A stretch of 39,771 bases of DNA, from NCBI GenBank assembly GCA_036520815.1, contig DATDIY010000036.1, positions 1 through 39,771 of the forward strand, given 5' to 3'. This document shows, one piece after another, positions 7,665 through 15,576 of this stretch (position 1 is the stretch's first letter; every line of letters begins with the position of its first letter). Below the pieces are notes generated by a model. That model ran no database searches. It was given only the letters and a program-made list of their open reading frames with translations, and was not told the origin of the DNA. This DNA is from Acidimicrobiales bacterium (lineage in GTDB: Bacteria; Actinomycetota; Acidimicrobiia; Acidimicrobiales; Acidimicrobilacustridaceae). A program made the position numbers and the translations under genes.

Positions 7665-8456
7665 TCAGGCCCGGCCGAGCTCGGCCGAGCGCTCGGACGC
7701 GGCGACCACCGCGTCGAGCACCGCCGCCCGCAACCCGCCCACCTCGAGCGCCCGCAGCCCGGCGGCGGTCGTACCACCAGGCGAGGTGACCGCAGCCCGT
7801 AGGGCGGCGGCAGGCTCGTCGCTCGACTGGAGCAGCGCCCCCGAGCCGAGGATGGTCTGGACGGCGAGCACCTCGGCGACATCGCGCGGCAGGCCCACCA
7901 GCACACCGGCCTCGATCATGCTCTCGGCCAGCACGAACACGTAGGCGGGACCGGATCCGGAGAGCCCGGTGACGGCGTCGAGCTTGTCCTCGCCCACCCT
8001 CACCACCACCCCGACGGCCTCGAGCACGGATTCGGCCCAGTCGAGGTCGGCGTCGCCCGCGGTGGTGCCGGCGGCGATCGCCGAGGCCCCGGCGCCAACG
8101 ACGGCAGGGGTGTTCGGCATGGCCCGGACGACGGCGACGTCGGGTCCGACCGCCTCCTCGATGGCGGCGGTGGTGACACCGGCGGCGATGGACAGCACGC
8201 GGGGCACCCCGATCGCGCCCAGCGCGCGGCACGTGTCGACCACGTCACCGGGCTTCACCGCGATCACCGCGCCGTCGGCGGCCACCGGCTCGGCCAGGAC
8301 GTGCACCTCCGGGAAGGCCTCGGCCAGCTCCTTGCGACGGTCGTCGAGGCGCTCGACCACCGCCAGCTCGTCGGGGCGCGCCCACCCGGAGGCCACCAGG
8401 CCACCGAGCAGGGCCTCGCCCATGCGACCACCCCCGAGGATCTCCAGGCGCACCAT
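7665..8456 (-). CDS. proC: pyrroline-5-carboxylate reductase
   Basis: 263 aa with an N-terminal ILGGGRMGEALLGGL Rossmann segment and the C-terminal ProC signature VTSPGGTTAAGL. Confidence 0.9.
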   Translation of the reverse strand: MVRLEILGGGRMGEALLGGLVASGWARPDELAVVERLDDRRKELAEAFPEVHVLAEPVAADGAVIAVKPGDVVDTCRALGAIGVPRVLSIAAGVTTAAIEEAVGPDVAVVRAMPNTPAVVGAGASAIAAGTTAGDADLDWAESVLEAVGVVVRVGEDKLDAVTGLSGSGPAYVFVLAESMIEAGVLVGLPRDVAEVLAVQTILGSGALLQSSDEPAAALRAAVTSPGGTTAAGLRALEVGGLRAAVLDAVVAASERSAELGRA

Positions 8457-8681
8457 GGGCCTGACGCTAGTGCGTCACCCGCTCGGCGACGGCGCCGCAA
8501 ACCATCACGGCGACCGCCCCGACGAGGAGAGTTGGTGGCCCGGGCGTCCGGCGAGATGGCCCCACTTCCCCGATGGGTTCCTTGTCTGGCTCGGCCCGCC
8601 CGGGCTGAGCGCCACCGTACGGAGCGGGCGAGCGAAAAGCAATGAAAGTGAATGAAATAGGTCGAACGGCCCTCGGCCTGG

Positions 8682-9149
8682 TCAGGCGGTGCCGAACCGG
8701 GACGCGAAGCCGATGCGCAGCGCCGGACGGAAGCACAGCTCCACGTAGGCGTAGATCGACCCGAGGATGCGGTCGAGCTCGCCCCGGTCGACGGCGTGGA
8801 ACGGCAGGGACCCGGCGAGGAAGACCGCATCCTCCTCCCCGATGCAGAACGCCATGCCGTGCAGCTTGCGGTTGCGGCGCAGGAGGTGCTCGTAGAACGC
8901 CGAGGGGTTCTCCTCCGGCGCCGGCGTCACGTAGGTCTCGAACTGCAGCGACCGCTGCTCGAGCGTGAACCAGACCGTGTAGACGTCCTTGGTCTCACCC
9001 CGCACCCGCACGTACCACCGCCGCTCCCCCGGCTCGCCCCGCTCGACGGCGGCGACGACAGGGTTCTGCTCCAACTCGTCAGCGAGCCAGGCATCGATCA
9101 CGTCCGACAGGGCGTCGAGGGTCTGGGGGTCGGCGATCTCATCGGCCAT
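8682..9149 (-). CDS. YbjN-domain protein (putative sensory-transduction/chaperone-like)
   Basis: 155 aa. The pattern ...RRWYVRVRGETKDVYTVWFTLEQRSLQFETYV.PAPEEN....YEHLLRRNRKLHGMAFCIGEEDAVFL is typical of actinobacterial YbjN-family proteins. It lies 23 nt downstream of mshA. Confidence 0.7.
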   Translation of the reverse strand: MADEIADPQTLDALSDVIDAWLADELEQNPVVAAVERGEPGERRWYVRVRGETKDVYTVWFTLEQRSLQFETYVTPAPEENPSAFYEHLLRRNRKLHGMAFCIGEEDAVFLAGSLPFHAVDRGELDRILGSIYAYVELCFRPALRIGFASRFGTA

Positions 9150-9172
9150 GGCGGACTCCGCGGTTCGGGCGT

Positions 9173-10390
9173 TCAGCTGCAGGTGACAGGGGTCCGCGCC
9201 GTGAGGTCGGCGTAGAGGCGACGCAGACGAGCGGCTGTGGTCGACCAGGTGTAGCCCCGGGCCTCCGCCGCGGCGGCGCCGCTCATCCGTTCGGCCAGCC
9301 CGGGACGGTCGAGCACCTCGGCGACGGCACGGGCGTAGTCGCCAGGATCACGGGTGTCGACGAGGATGCCGGTGACGCCGTCATCGACCAGCGTGCGCAG
9401 TCCACCCACGGCCGCCGCCACGACCGGGATGCCGCACGCCGCCGCCTCGAGGGCGACGAGGCCGAACGACTCCGACCGGCTCGGCACGATGCACACGTCA
9501 GCGGCGCGGTAGTAGGTCGACAGCACGTGGTGGGGCTGGGGCGGGACGAACCGCACCCGTTCGATCAGCCCGTGCCGGGCGATGAGAGCTCGGGCGGCAG
9601 CCATCTCGGCTTCGCCGCCGGGGCCGCTCTGGCCACCGACGGCGACGAGCACCGCGTCGGGATGGGCCTCGGACAGCTCGGCCAGGGCCTCGATGGCGAC
9701 GGTGAGCCCCTTCAACGGCTGGATGCGACCCACGAACAGCAGGACAGGGTGCTCACCCAGACCGAGGGCGGCGCGGGCCCCGCCCCGGTGCCCCGGGGAG
9801 AAGAAGGCGTGGTCGACGCCGGGAGGCACGATCTCGATACGACCCGGATCGGCGCCGTACAACTCCACCAGCTGGGTGACCTCGGCGGCGCAGTTGGCGA
9901 GGATGGCGTCGGAGCAGGCGATGACCTCGGTCTCGGCCTCCACCCGCCGGTCGGGCTCGGGGTCGCCGGTCTCGGCCTTCACCCGGGCGAGGGTGTGGAA
10001 GGTCGACACCAGCGGCAGCGACAGCTCGTGCTTCAGGCGGTGCCCGGCCACGCCGGACAGCCAGTAGTTGGCGTGGATGGCGTCGGGGCCACCGCTTCGC
10101 CGCAGGTGGCGCCCAACCGCCTCGGTGTACTCGTCGACGAGCTCCGGGAGCTCTTCCTTGGCCAGCTCGGGCGGACCGGCGTCGACGTGCACGACCCGGA
10201 ACCCGGGCTCCACGTCGACCACGTCGGGCAGGTCCGGTGCCCACCGTCGCACGTAGACCTCGGAGCGCACTCCCGCCTGGGCGAGCGCGGCCACCAGCTC
10301 GCGCACGTACACGTTCATCCCCCCCGAGTCACCACTGCCGGGCTGGGCCAACGGCGAGGTGTGCATCGAGAGCACGGCGAGCGACCTCAT
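9173..10390 (-). CDS. mshA: D-inositol-3-phosphate glycosyltransferase (mycothiol biosynthesis)
   Basis: MRSLAVLSMHTSPLAQPGSGDSGGMNVYVRELVAALAQAGV is the characteristic MshA N-terminus. The GT4 C-terminal domain is present (PSRSESFGLVALEAAACGIPVVAAAVGGL). 405 aa. Confidence 0.9.
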   Translation of the reverse strand: MRSLAVLSMHTSPLAQPGSGDSGGMNVYVRELVAALAQAGVRSEVYVRRWAPDLPDVVDVEPGFRVVHVDAGPPELAKEELPELVDEYTEAVGRHLRRSGGPDAIHANYWLSGVAGHRLKHELSLPLVSTFHTLARVKAETGDPEPDRRVEAETEVIACSDAILANCAAEVTQLVELYGADPGRIEIVPPGVDHAFFSPGHRGGARAALGLGEHPVLLFVGRIQPLKGLTVAIEALAELSEAHPDAVLVAVGGQSGPGGEAEMAAARALIARHGLIERVRFVPPQPHHVLSTYYRAADVCIVPSRSESFGLVALEAAACGIPVVAAAVGGLRTLVDDGVTGILVDTRDPGDYARAVAEVLDRPGLAERMSGAAAAEARGYTWSTTAARLRRLYADLTARTPVTCS

Positions 10391-10446
10391 GACCTCACCA
10401 ACCTAGGGGCGCACCCGTCCACCGACACCCCGCGGCCCCGCAGGAG

Positions 10447-11019
10447 TCAGTCGGACTCGTGCGAGCTGTCGGCCAGGGCACCGTCGACGGTGACCTCGCC
10501 GCTGCCGTAGCGGTGGGCCAGCTCCCCGTTCAGGAGGTCGATCGTGCGATGCAGCACCCGGCGGCGGCGGGAGACCTTCCGCTCGAGGGTGTCGAGAGAA
10601 CCGGCCAGCTCCACGAGCTCCTCGTCGCTGGAGGTCGGAAGCAGGGCGACCCGCATGCCGCCGTCGGTGAGCAGATCGAGCTCGGCGGACAGCTCCGGGT
10701 CGACCTGGGTGGGCTCGAGGGTCTGGGGCTGGCGCCCACCACCGGGACCGGAGTGCTCGCTGAGTAGACGGGGCAGGTCCTCGACCAGCGACGCCAGGTC
10801 GCTCGTGTGACCGTTCGCCCGTTGCTCGAGCTCGCTGCGGACCACGTCGAGCGGGGTCTGAACCTTGCGCCGCAGGAACGACAGGCCGGTCTCGATCGAG
10901 ACCGCCTCGTCACGGGCGCCACGCAGTGCCTCGGGCCCGACCCCGGGGAGCCCTTCCGGCGTCAACCCGACGACCTCGAGGGCGGTCGTGTCGTCGATCG
11001 GTGCGTCGTTCTCGCTCAT
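10447..11019 (-). CDS. RsiG-like c-di-GMP-binding anti-sigma factor candidate
   Basis: 190-aa acidic protein predicted to be helical. It has two helix-borne motifs: E43-TGL-S-FL-R-RKV-Q-TPL-D58, which exactly matches E-x3-S-x2-R-x3-Q-x3-D, and E146-RKV-S-RR-R-RVL-H-RTI-D161, where Q is replaced by H. Size and motif spacing resemble Streptomyces RsiG. Confidence 0.55.
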   Translation of the reverse strand: MSENDAPIDDTTALEVVGLTPEGLPGVGPEALRGARDEAVSIETGLSFLRRKVQTPLDVVRSELEQRANGHTSDLASLVEDLPRLLSEHSGPGGGRQPQTLEPTQVDPELSAELDLLTDGGMRVALLPTSSDEELVELAGSLDTLERKVSRRRRVLHRTIDLLNGELAHRYGSGEVTVDGALADSSHESD

Positions 11020-11039
11020 GCCGGACCTGCTTCCTCATC

Positions 11040-11063
11040 GAGGTCTCCTCACCGTGAGACCTC
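11040..11063 (-). other. perfect 8-bp stem / 8-nt loop hairpin in the 136-nt gap upstream of the RsiG-like gene
   Basis: GAGGTCTC (11040-11047), loop ctcaccgt, then GAGACCTC (11056-11063). It lies 21-44 nt upstream of ATG 11019. There is no U-tract. Confidence 0.4.
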
Positions 11064-11112
11064 CACCGTCGATGGACCCATCGCCGGGCGTCGACGACGG
11101 CTCGCCGTAGGG

Positions 11113-11129
11113 CGGTCGGTCACCGACCG
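11113..11129 (-). terminator. candidate GC-rich terminator hairpin after the membrane-protein gene
   Basis: CGGTCG-gtcac-CGACCG lies 27 nt downstream of the stop at 11156. No U-tail, which is common in high-GC actinobacteria. Confidence 0.3.
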
Positions 11130-11155
11130 CACCCGGTGCGCCACAGGCTACCGGG

Positions 11156-11935
11156 TCATCCCAGGTAGTCCCAGAGAAGCCAGCACCACACCGGCGCCAG
11201 CACCAGCCAGGCGTCGAGACGGCGCAGGGCCGGAACCTTGGCATCGGCGGAGGGGGCGAGTGCCGATGCGATGGGCGCTCCGAGCGGAGCGAGGGCCGCG
11301 ACCATGCCCCCGAACACCCATGCCGCCCGGGCGTCGAAGGGCCCCAGCTGGAACACCGCCTCGGTGAAGGTGAGCACGAGCACCGCGGCGATGCCGGCGA
11401 TGGGACCCTCCACGACGCCGTTGGCGCCGGTACCGACGAGGTAGTCGCCCATCTCGTAGGCGCTCACCAGGACGAGCAAGATGACGAAGGCACCGAGGTC
11501 CTCTCGGGCGATGGCGACCACCGACGCCGCCGCGAGCGCGGGGAGCGCCCACGTGCGCACCGTCCGACCGGCTCGCACGACCACCGGCTCGGAACGCTCC
11601 GCCGCCACGGCGGCGGCCACGACCGACCCGACCGCACCGACGACCATGGCCAATCCGGCGGTCGCGGTGCCGAGCAGGGCGGCCAGCCCGACGAGGACCG
11701 TGGCGGCGCCGGCGACGAAGCGGTCGTCGTCGTGTCCGGCGCGGTGCCAGGCCACCGAGGTCTGCAGGGCGGCGACAGCGGCCACCGCCGTGAACAGCAG
11801 GCCGACCCCGACGTAGCCCCCGACACACGCGCCGACCGCGGCGAGGAACCAGAGCAGCCCGAGCCGGCCGTGGGGACCATCGACCTTCGGGACGTAGGCC
11901 AGGCGACTCGCCGCCGGCGCTGCGCTGACGGTCAC
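11156..11935 (-). CDS. hypothetical polytopic membrane protein (faint, unverified CdsA-like pattern)
   Basis: 259 aa with about 7-8 hydrophobic spans. Its GTG start at 11935 overlaps the stop of the MoaD-like gene (GTGA). The segments SAYEMGDYLVG...VEGPIAG...RRLDAW loosely recall phosphatidate cytidylyltransferase motifs, but the Lys/Asp-rich catalytic signature is absent. Confidence 0.55.
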   Translation of the reverse strand: MTVSAAPAASRLAYVPKVDGPHGRLGLLWFLAAVGACVGGYVGVGLLFTAVAAVAALQTSVAWHRAGHDDDRFVAGAATVLVGLAALLGTATAGLAMVVGAVGSVVAAAVAAERSEPVVVRAGRTVRTWALPALAAASVVAIAREDLGAFVILLVLVSAYEMGDYLVGTGANGVVEGPIAGIAAVLVLTFTEAVFQLGPFDARAAWVFGGMVAALAPLGAPIASALAPSADAKVPALRRLDAWLVLAPVWCWLLWDYLG

Positions 11936-12174
11936 CGGCAGCCGCCCGACACCGGGGGAAGGACGGCGACCTCGTCGGCGTCGGCGACGTCATCGGCCCT
12001 GTCGGCCGGTTCGCCGTTGCGCCACACCCGGCTCGACCCCAGCACGGCGGCGAACGAGGGACCATATCGACGGACCGCCTCGTCGAGCACGGCGCCGACG
12101 GTGGCGCCCGGCACGGAGTCGTGACCGGTCCCGGCGGCCTCCCGCGCGGCGGCGAACAGTCGGAGGGTGGCCAC
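11932..12174 (-). CDS. MoaD/ThiS-family ubiquitin-like sulfur-carrier protein with a 2-residue extension after the Gly-Gly
   Basis: The last 80 codons of the 282-aa track ORF read (V)VATLRLFAAAREAAGTGHDSVPGATVGAVLDEAV...DADEVAVLPPVSGG-CR*. This is MoaD-like in length and has the EVAxxPPVSGG terminus. The GTG at 12174 is the only in-frame start near the domain boundary. Confidence 0.65.
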   Translation of the reverse strand: MATLRLFAAAREAAGTGHDSVPGATVGAVLDEAVRRYGPSFAAVLGSSRVWRNGEPADRADDVADADEVAVLPPVSGGCR

Positions 12175-12264
12175 GACGCACCAGCGTAGTTCCGGGGTCG
12201 GATCAGGCCCCTGGGGCGTCGACGGTGGTCGAGGCCTGTCAGAGGGCGCGGGTACCGTCGCCCC

Positions 12265-12855
12265 GTGACCGAGATGCTGCTCGTCCGCCACGGCCAGTCG
12301 GAGTGGAACGCGGTCGGCCGCTGGCAGGGCCGGGCCGATCCAGCTCTCACCGAGCTCGGCCGCCTCCAGGCCCTCCACGCCGCCGGCAGGGTCGGCGCGG
12401 TCGACGTCATCGTCGCCTCTCCGCTCATCCGGGCCCTCGAGACGGCCCGGCTCATCAGCAACCACCTCGGCGTCGGTCCGGTCGTGCTCGAGGCCGACCT
12501 GGTCGAACGCGATGCCGGTGAGTGGGAAGGCCTGACCCGTGGGCAGATCGAGCAGCGCTGGCCCGGCTACCTCGCCGAGGAGAAGCGGCCGACCGGCTAC
12601 GAAGGCCACGACGACCTGATCCGGCGGGTGCGCGCCGCCCTCGACCGGGTGCACCTCACCTACGACGGTGCCGAGGTCCTGGTCGTCAGCCACGGCGGGG
12701 TGATCGGGGCCGTCGAGCGGGATGCCGGCCTGCCCTGGGAGCGCCTGCCCAACCTCGCCGGCCTGCGGGTCACCCACCATGGCGACGGCCTGGTGGTCGG
12801 TCCGCGTGTCGTGCTCGTCGACCCCGACGAGCTCACCATCCCGAGCCAGCTGTGA
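12265..12855 (+). CDS. histidine phosphatase family protein (phosphoglycerate-mutase-like)
   Basis: LLVRHGQSEWN (RHG catalytic motif), ...LTELGRLQA..., and C-terminal VVSHGGVI. 196 aa. Start at GTG 12265 or ATG 12274. Confidence 0.85.
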   Translation: MTEMLLVRHGQSEWNAVGRWQGRADPALTELGRLQALHAAGRVGAVDVIVASPLIRALETARLISNHLGVGPVVLEADLVERDAGEWEGLTRGQIEQRWPGYLAEEKRPTGYEGHDDLIRRVRAALDRVHLTYDGAEVLVVSHGGVIGAVERDAGLPWERLPNLAGLRVTHHGDGLVVGPRVVLVDPDELTIPSQL

Positions 12856-13490
12856 CGCCGCCGACCTACGCGCCGATGCCGGTCGAGGTGGTGTTCAGCG
12901 CCCGCCGGCGCAAGTCCGTGCAGGCAACCGTGGTCGACGGCGTGATCAGGGTGCAGGCCCCCGCCGGCATGGACCGGGACGAGCTCGACCGCCACATCTC
13001 GACGCTGGTCCCCCGGCTCGAGCGCAAGGTGCGCGCCGCCAGCGTCGACCTCGAGGCCCGCGCCGCCCAGCTCGCCCGCCGATACCGGTTCCCCGAGCCC
13101 GCCTCGGTCATCTGGGCCGAGCAACGCGCCCGCTGGGGGTCATGCTCGCCGTGGAAGGGTCACATCCGCATCTCCAACCGGCTGGCGGCGTGGCCGCCGT
13201 GGGTCCTCGACTACGTGCTCGTGCACGAGCTGGCCCACCTCGTCCACGCCGACCACTCCCCCGCCTTCCACGCTCTCGTCGCCCGCTACCCGCTGGCGGA
13301 GCGGGCCGAGGGGTTCCTGATCGCCACCCGCTTCCTCGACGACGCGCCGGCCTCACCTGAGGTGCTCGGCGCCGTCGGCAACGAGCCAGAACCCGAGCCG
13401 GGCGAGCCCGACCCGATCGAACCGGTCGAGCCCGAGGTCCCCGATCCGCTGCACCCAGAACCGCCCCCGCCGTCCGACACGCTCTTCTAG
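12852..13490 (+). CDS. YgjP-like M48-family metallopeptidase (DUF45)
   Basis: RARWGSCSPWKGHIRISNRL...DYVLVHELAHLVHADHSPAFHALV combines the RWGSC box with the HExxH motif. The GTG at 12852 overlaps the upstream stop (GTGA). The C-terminal tail is acidic and Pro-rich (EPEPEPGEPDPIEPVEPEVPDP). Confidence 0.8.
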   Translation: MTPPTYAPMPVEVVFSARRRKSVQATVVDGVIRVQAPAGMDRDELDRHISTLVPRLERKVRAASVDLEARAAQLARRYRFPEPASVIWAEQRARWGSCSPWKGHIRISNRLAAWPPWVLDYVLVHELAHLVHADHSPAFHALVARYPLAERAEGFLIATRFLDDAPASPEVLGAVGNEPEPEPGEPDPIEPVEPEVPDPLHPEPPPPSDTLF

Positions 13491-13497
13491 GGCTCGC

Positions 13498-14871
13498 TCA
13501 TCGAGCGCCGGGCCCGGCCCGACCCAGGCGCCAACGCTGCTCCTCCAGGCCCAGGTCGGTGACCGGGGCGGCGCCGTGGAGATACTCCTCGAGGATCCCG
13601 CGCCAACGGTTGTGCGCCTGCAGCCGCCCCAGCAGCGAGCTCACGCCCCACACCACGCGGTCCAGCAGCACGAAGCTCGGGGGCATGTCGAGCGCGGCGA
13701 GCACGTCGGCGTTGGGACCGCGCACGTCGAGCAGCGCCGTCATCGCCACCCGGGCGTAGTCCGGGGTGAACGTGTAGGCCTCGTCGAGGTAGGCGAGATA
13801 GGGGGCGCTGACCGTCTGGAAGACCCGGTCCGGGTCGAGGCCGTGGCCGGCGTGGAGGAACCCGGCGCGCTCCATCGCCACGACCAGCCCTGCGGCGTCG
13901 CCGGCGAGCACGTGGTCGATGGTGGGCACCAGCGCCTCGTACTCGGTGGGCGTGAACGACTTGACCAGGCCGAAGTCGAGGAAGGTGACGGTGCCGTCGG
14001 GATGGAAGCGGTAGTTGCCCGGATGCGGATCGGCGTTGAAGCTGCGGTGCTCGTGGAGCGACCCCTGCACGAACCGGAACACCACCTCGGCCACGTGCTG
14101 GCGCATGCCCGGCGTCGCCCCGTCGAACAGCTCGGCGAACGTGGCGCCGTCGACCCACTCGCTGGTGAGCACCCGACGGGCCGAGCGCTCGGGTACCACC
14201 CGGGGGACGCGCACGAAGGGGTGACCGCGGTAGCGATCGGCGAAAGCTTCCTGGGCGGAGGCCTCGTGGCGGTAGTCGAGCTCGTCGGCCATGCGGCGGC
14301 GGAGCTCGTCGACGAGGGCGTGGACGTCGATGCCCGGGAGGGTGAACGACGACAGCAGCGGGTAGAGGCGCTCGGCGTTGTCGAGGTCGCTGCGGATGGC
14401 CCGGTCGACGCCCGGGTACTGCACCTTCACCGCCACCCGTCGACCGTCGGCCAGCACGGCCCGATGGACCTGGCCGACCGACGCCGCCGCGACCGGCACC
14501 GGGTCCCATTCGAGGAAGAGCCGTTCGGGCGGTCGGCCCAGCTCCTCGAGCACCACCTGGGCGGCCAGGCTCGGCGCCATCGCCGGAGCGTCCTGCTGCA
14601 GCTGGGCGAGCGACTCCTGAGCTGCGGGCGGCAGTCCGTCGGCGATGAAGCCCACCATCTGGCCCAGCTTCATCACCGCGCCCTTCATCTGACCCAGTTC
14701 GCGTGCGACGTCCTCGGCCGAACGGATGGCGAAGTGCTCCTCGAGCTCGGCCCGGCGGGCGTCGTCCGCCCGCCGCCCGCGCACCTTGACCACCGCCCAG
14801 TGGGTTCCACGGCGGACGGTCAGGCGCAGGACCCGGGCCTGTCGGCGCCACCGGTCGAGTCGCTCACCCAT
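13498..14871 (-). CDS. ABC1/UbiB/AarF-family atypical protein kinase
   Basis: 457 aa with ...MKLGQMVGFIADGLP..., PVAAASVGQVHRAVLADGRRVAVKVQYPGV, and HADPHPGNY-type catalytic loop (FNADPHPGNYRF). Confidence 0.88.
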   Translation of the reverse strand: MGERLDRWRRQARVLRLTVRRGTHWAVVKVRGRRADDARRAELEEHFAIRSAEDVARELGQMKGAVMKLGQMVGFIADGLPPAAQESLAQLQQDAPAMAPSLAAQVVLEELGRPPERLFLEWDPVPVAAASVGQVHRAVLADGRRVAVKVQYPGVDRAIRSDLDNAERLYPLLSSFTLPGIDVHALVDELRRRMADELDYRHEASAQEAFADRYRGHPFVRVPRVVPERSARRVLTSEWVDGATFAELFDGATPGMRQHVAEVVFRFVQGSLHEHRSFNADPHPGNYRFHPDGTVTFLDFGLVKSFTPTEYEALVPTIDHVLAGDAAGLVVAMERAGFLHAGHGLDPDRVFQTVSAPYLAYLDEAYTFTPDYARVAMTALLDVRGPNADVLAALDMPPSFVLLDRVVWGVSSLLGRLQAHNRWRGILEEYLHGAAPVTDLGLEEQRWRLGRAGPGAR

Positions 14872-14880
14872 CCCGGTGCC

Positions 14881-15576
14881 TCAGACAGCGGGGGTGTCGA
14901 CCGGCTTGGTGCCGAGCACGACGCAGTGTGGGTGCAGGTAGCCGCGGTCGATGTGCTTGGCCATGGTCGACAGCCCCAGGCCGGCCACCACGCCTTCGAG
15001 CTCGACCGCGGATGGGAAATCGAGGGTCTCCCCGTCGGTGATCTTGAGCACCCGGGTTGCCAGCACCTCCTGCCACTGGGCCAGCTTGGCCTTGAGCGGC
15101 GGTGCGGTGTCGACCTCCTTCACCACCAGGAGCCCGCCAGGGGCGAGGGCCGTAGCGCACTCGGCCAACAACGCGTCCCGACGTTCCCTCGACAGCAGGT
15201 AGAGCACGTCGGCGAACACGATCGACCGCCATCCGCCGTCGATGGTGGGCACCTCCCCCGACGGGGACACCTCGAAGGACACGTCGCCCTCACCGGGCGC
15301 CAGTCGCTCGGCGGCATCGCGCGCCAGGGCGATCTTGTCGGCGTCGATGTCGACCCCGACGACGCGGCGAGCCCGGGAGGTGATGGCGAGGTAGGTCGAG
15401 AACACGCCGTGCCCGCACCCGACCTCGAGGATGTCGCCCGCCAGCGGGACCTCGTGCTCGAGAGCGGCGAACGGAGCGGTCCACCACCGCAGGGCGGTGT
15501 GGAAGCGGTCGCCGCTCGGCGCATCGTCCCAGAGCGACAGCACCCGGCGGGCCGCCGGCGAGCGGGGCGGCTTCAC
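14881..15576 (-). CDS. class I SAM-dependent methyltransferase
   Basis: Motif I is ILEVGCGHGVFSTYLA, followed by VVGVDID and LAPGGLLVVKE. The GTG at 15576 overlaps the upstream stop (GTGA). 231 aa. The upstream remainder of the track ORF overlaps the deacetylase gene. Confidence 0.8.
   Translation of the reverse strand: MKPPRSPAARRVLSLWDDAPSGDRFHTALRWWTAPFAALEHEVPLAGDILEVGCGHGVFSTYLAITSRARRVVGVDIDADKIALARDAAERLAPGEGDVSFEVSPSGEVPTIDGGWRSIVFADVLYLLSRERRDALLAECATALAPGGLLVVKEVDTAPPLKAKLAQWQEVLATRVLKITDGETLDFPSAVELEGVVAGLGLSTMAKHIDRGYLHPHCVVLGTKPVDTPAV

Noticed and set aside
8467-8565. Possible 32-codon ORF (GTG 8565; ...PPTLLVGAVAVMVCGAVAERVTH*) just upstream of proC.
   Set aside because: The only purine-rich stretch (GGGGAA) abuts the GTG with no spacer. 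The hydrophobic stretch is short. The frame is simply the tail of a long GC-artefact ORF. The evidence is much weaker than for the micro-ORF at 6638-6727.
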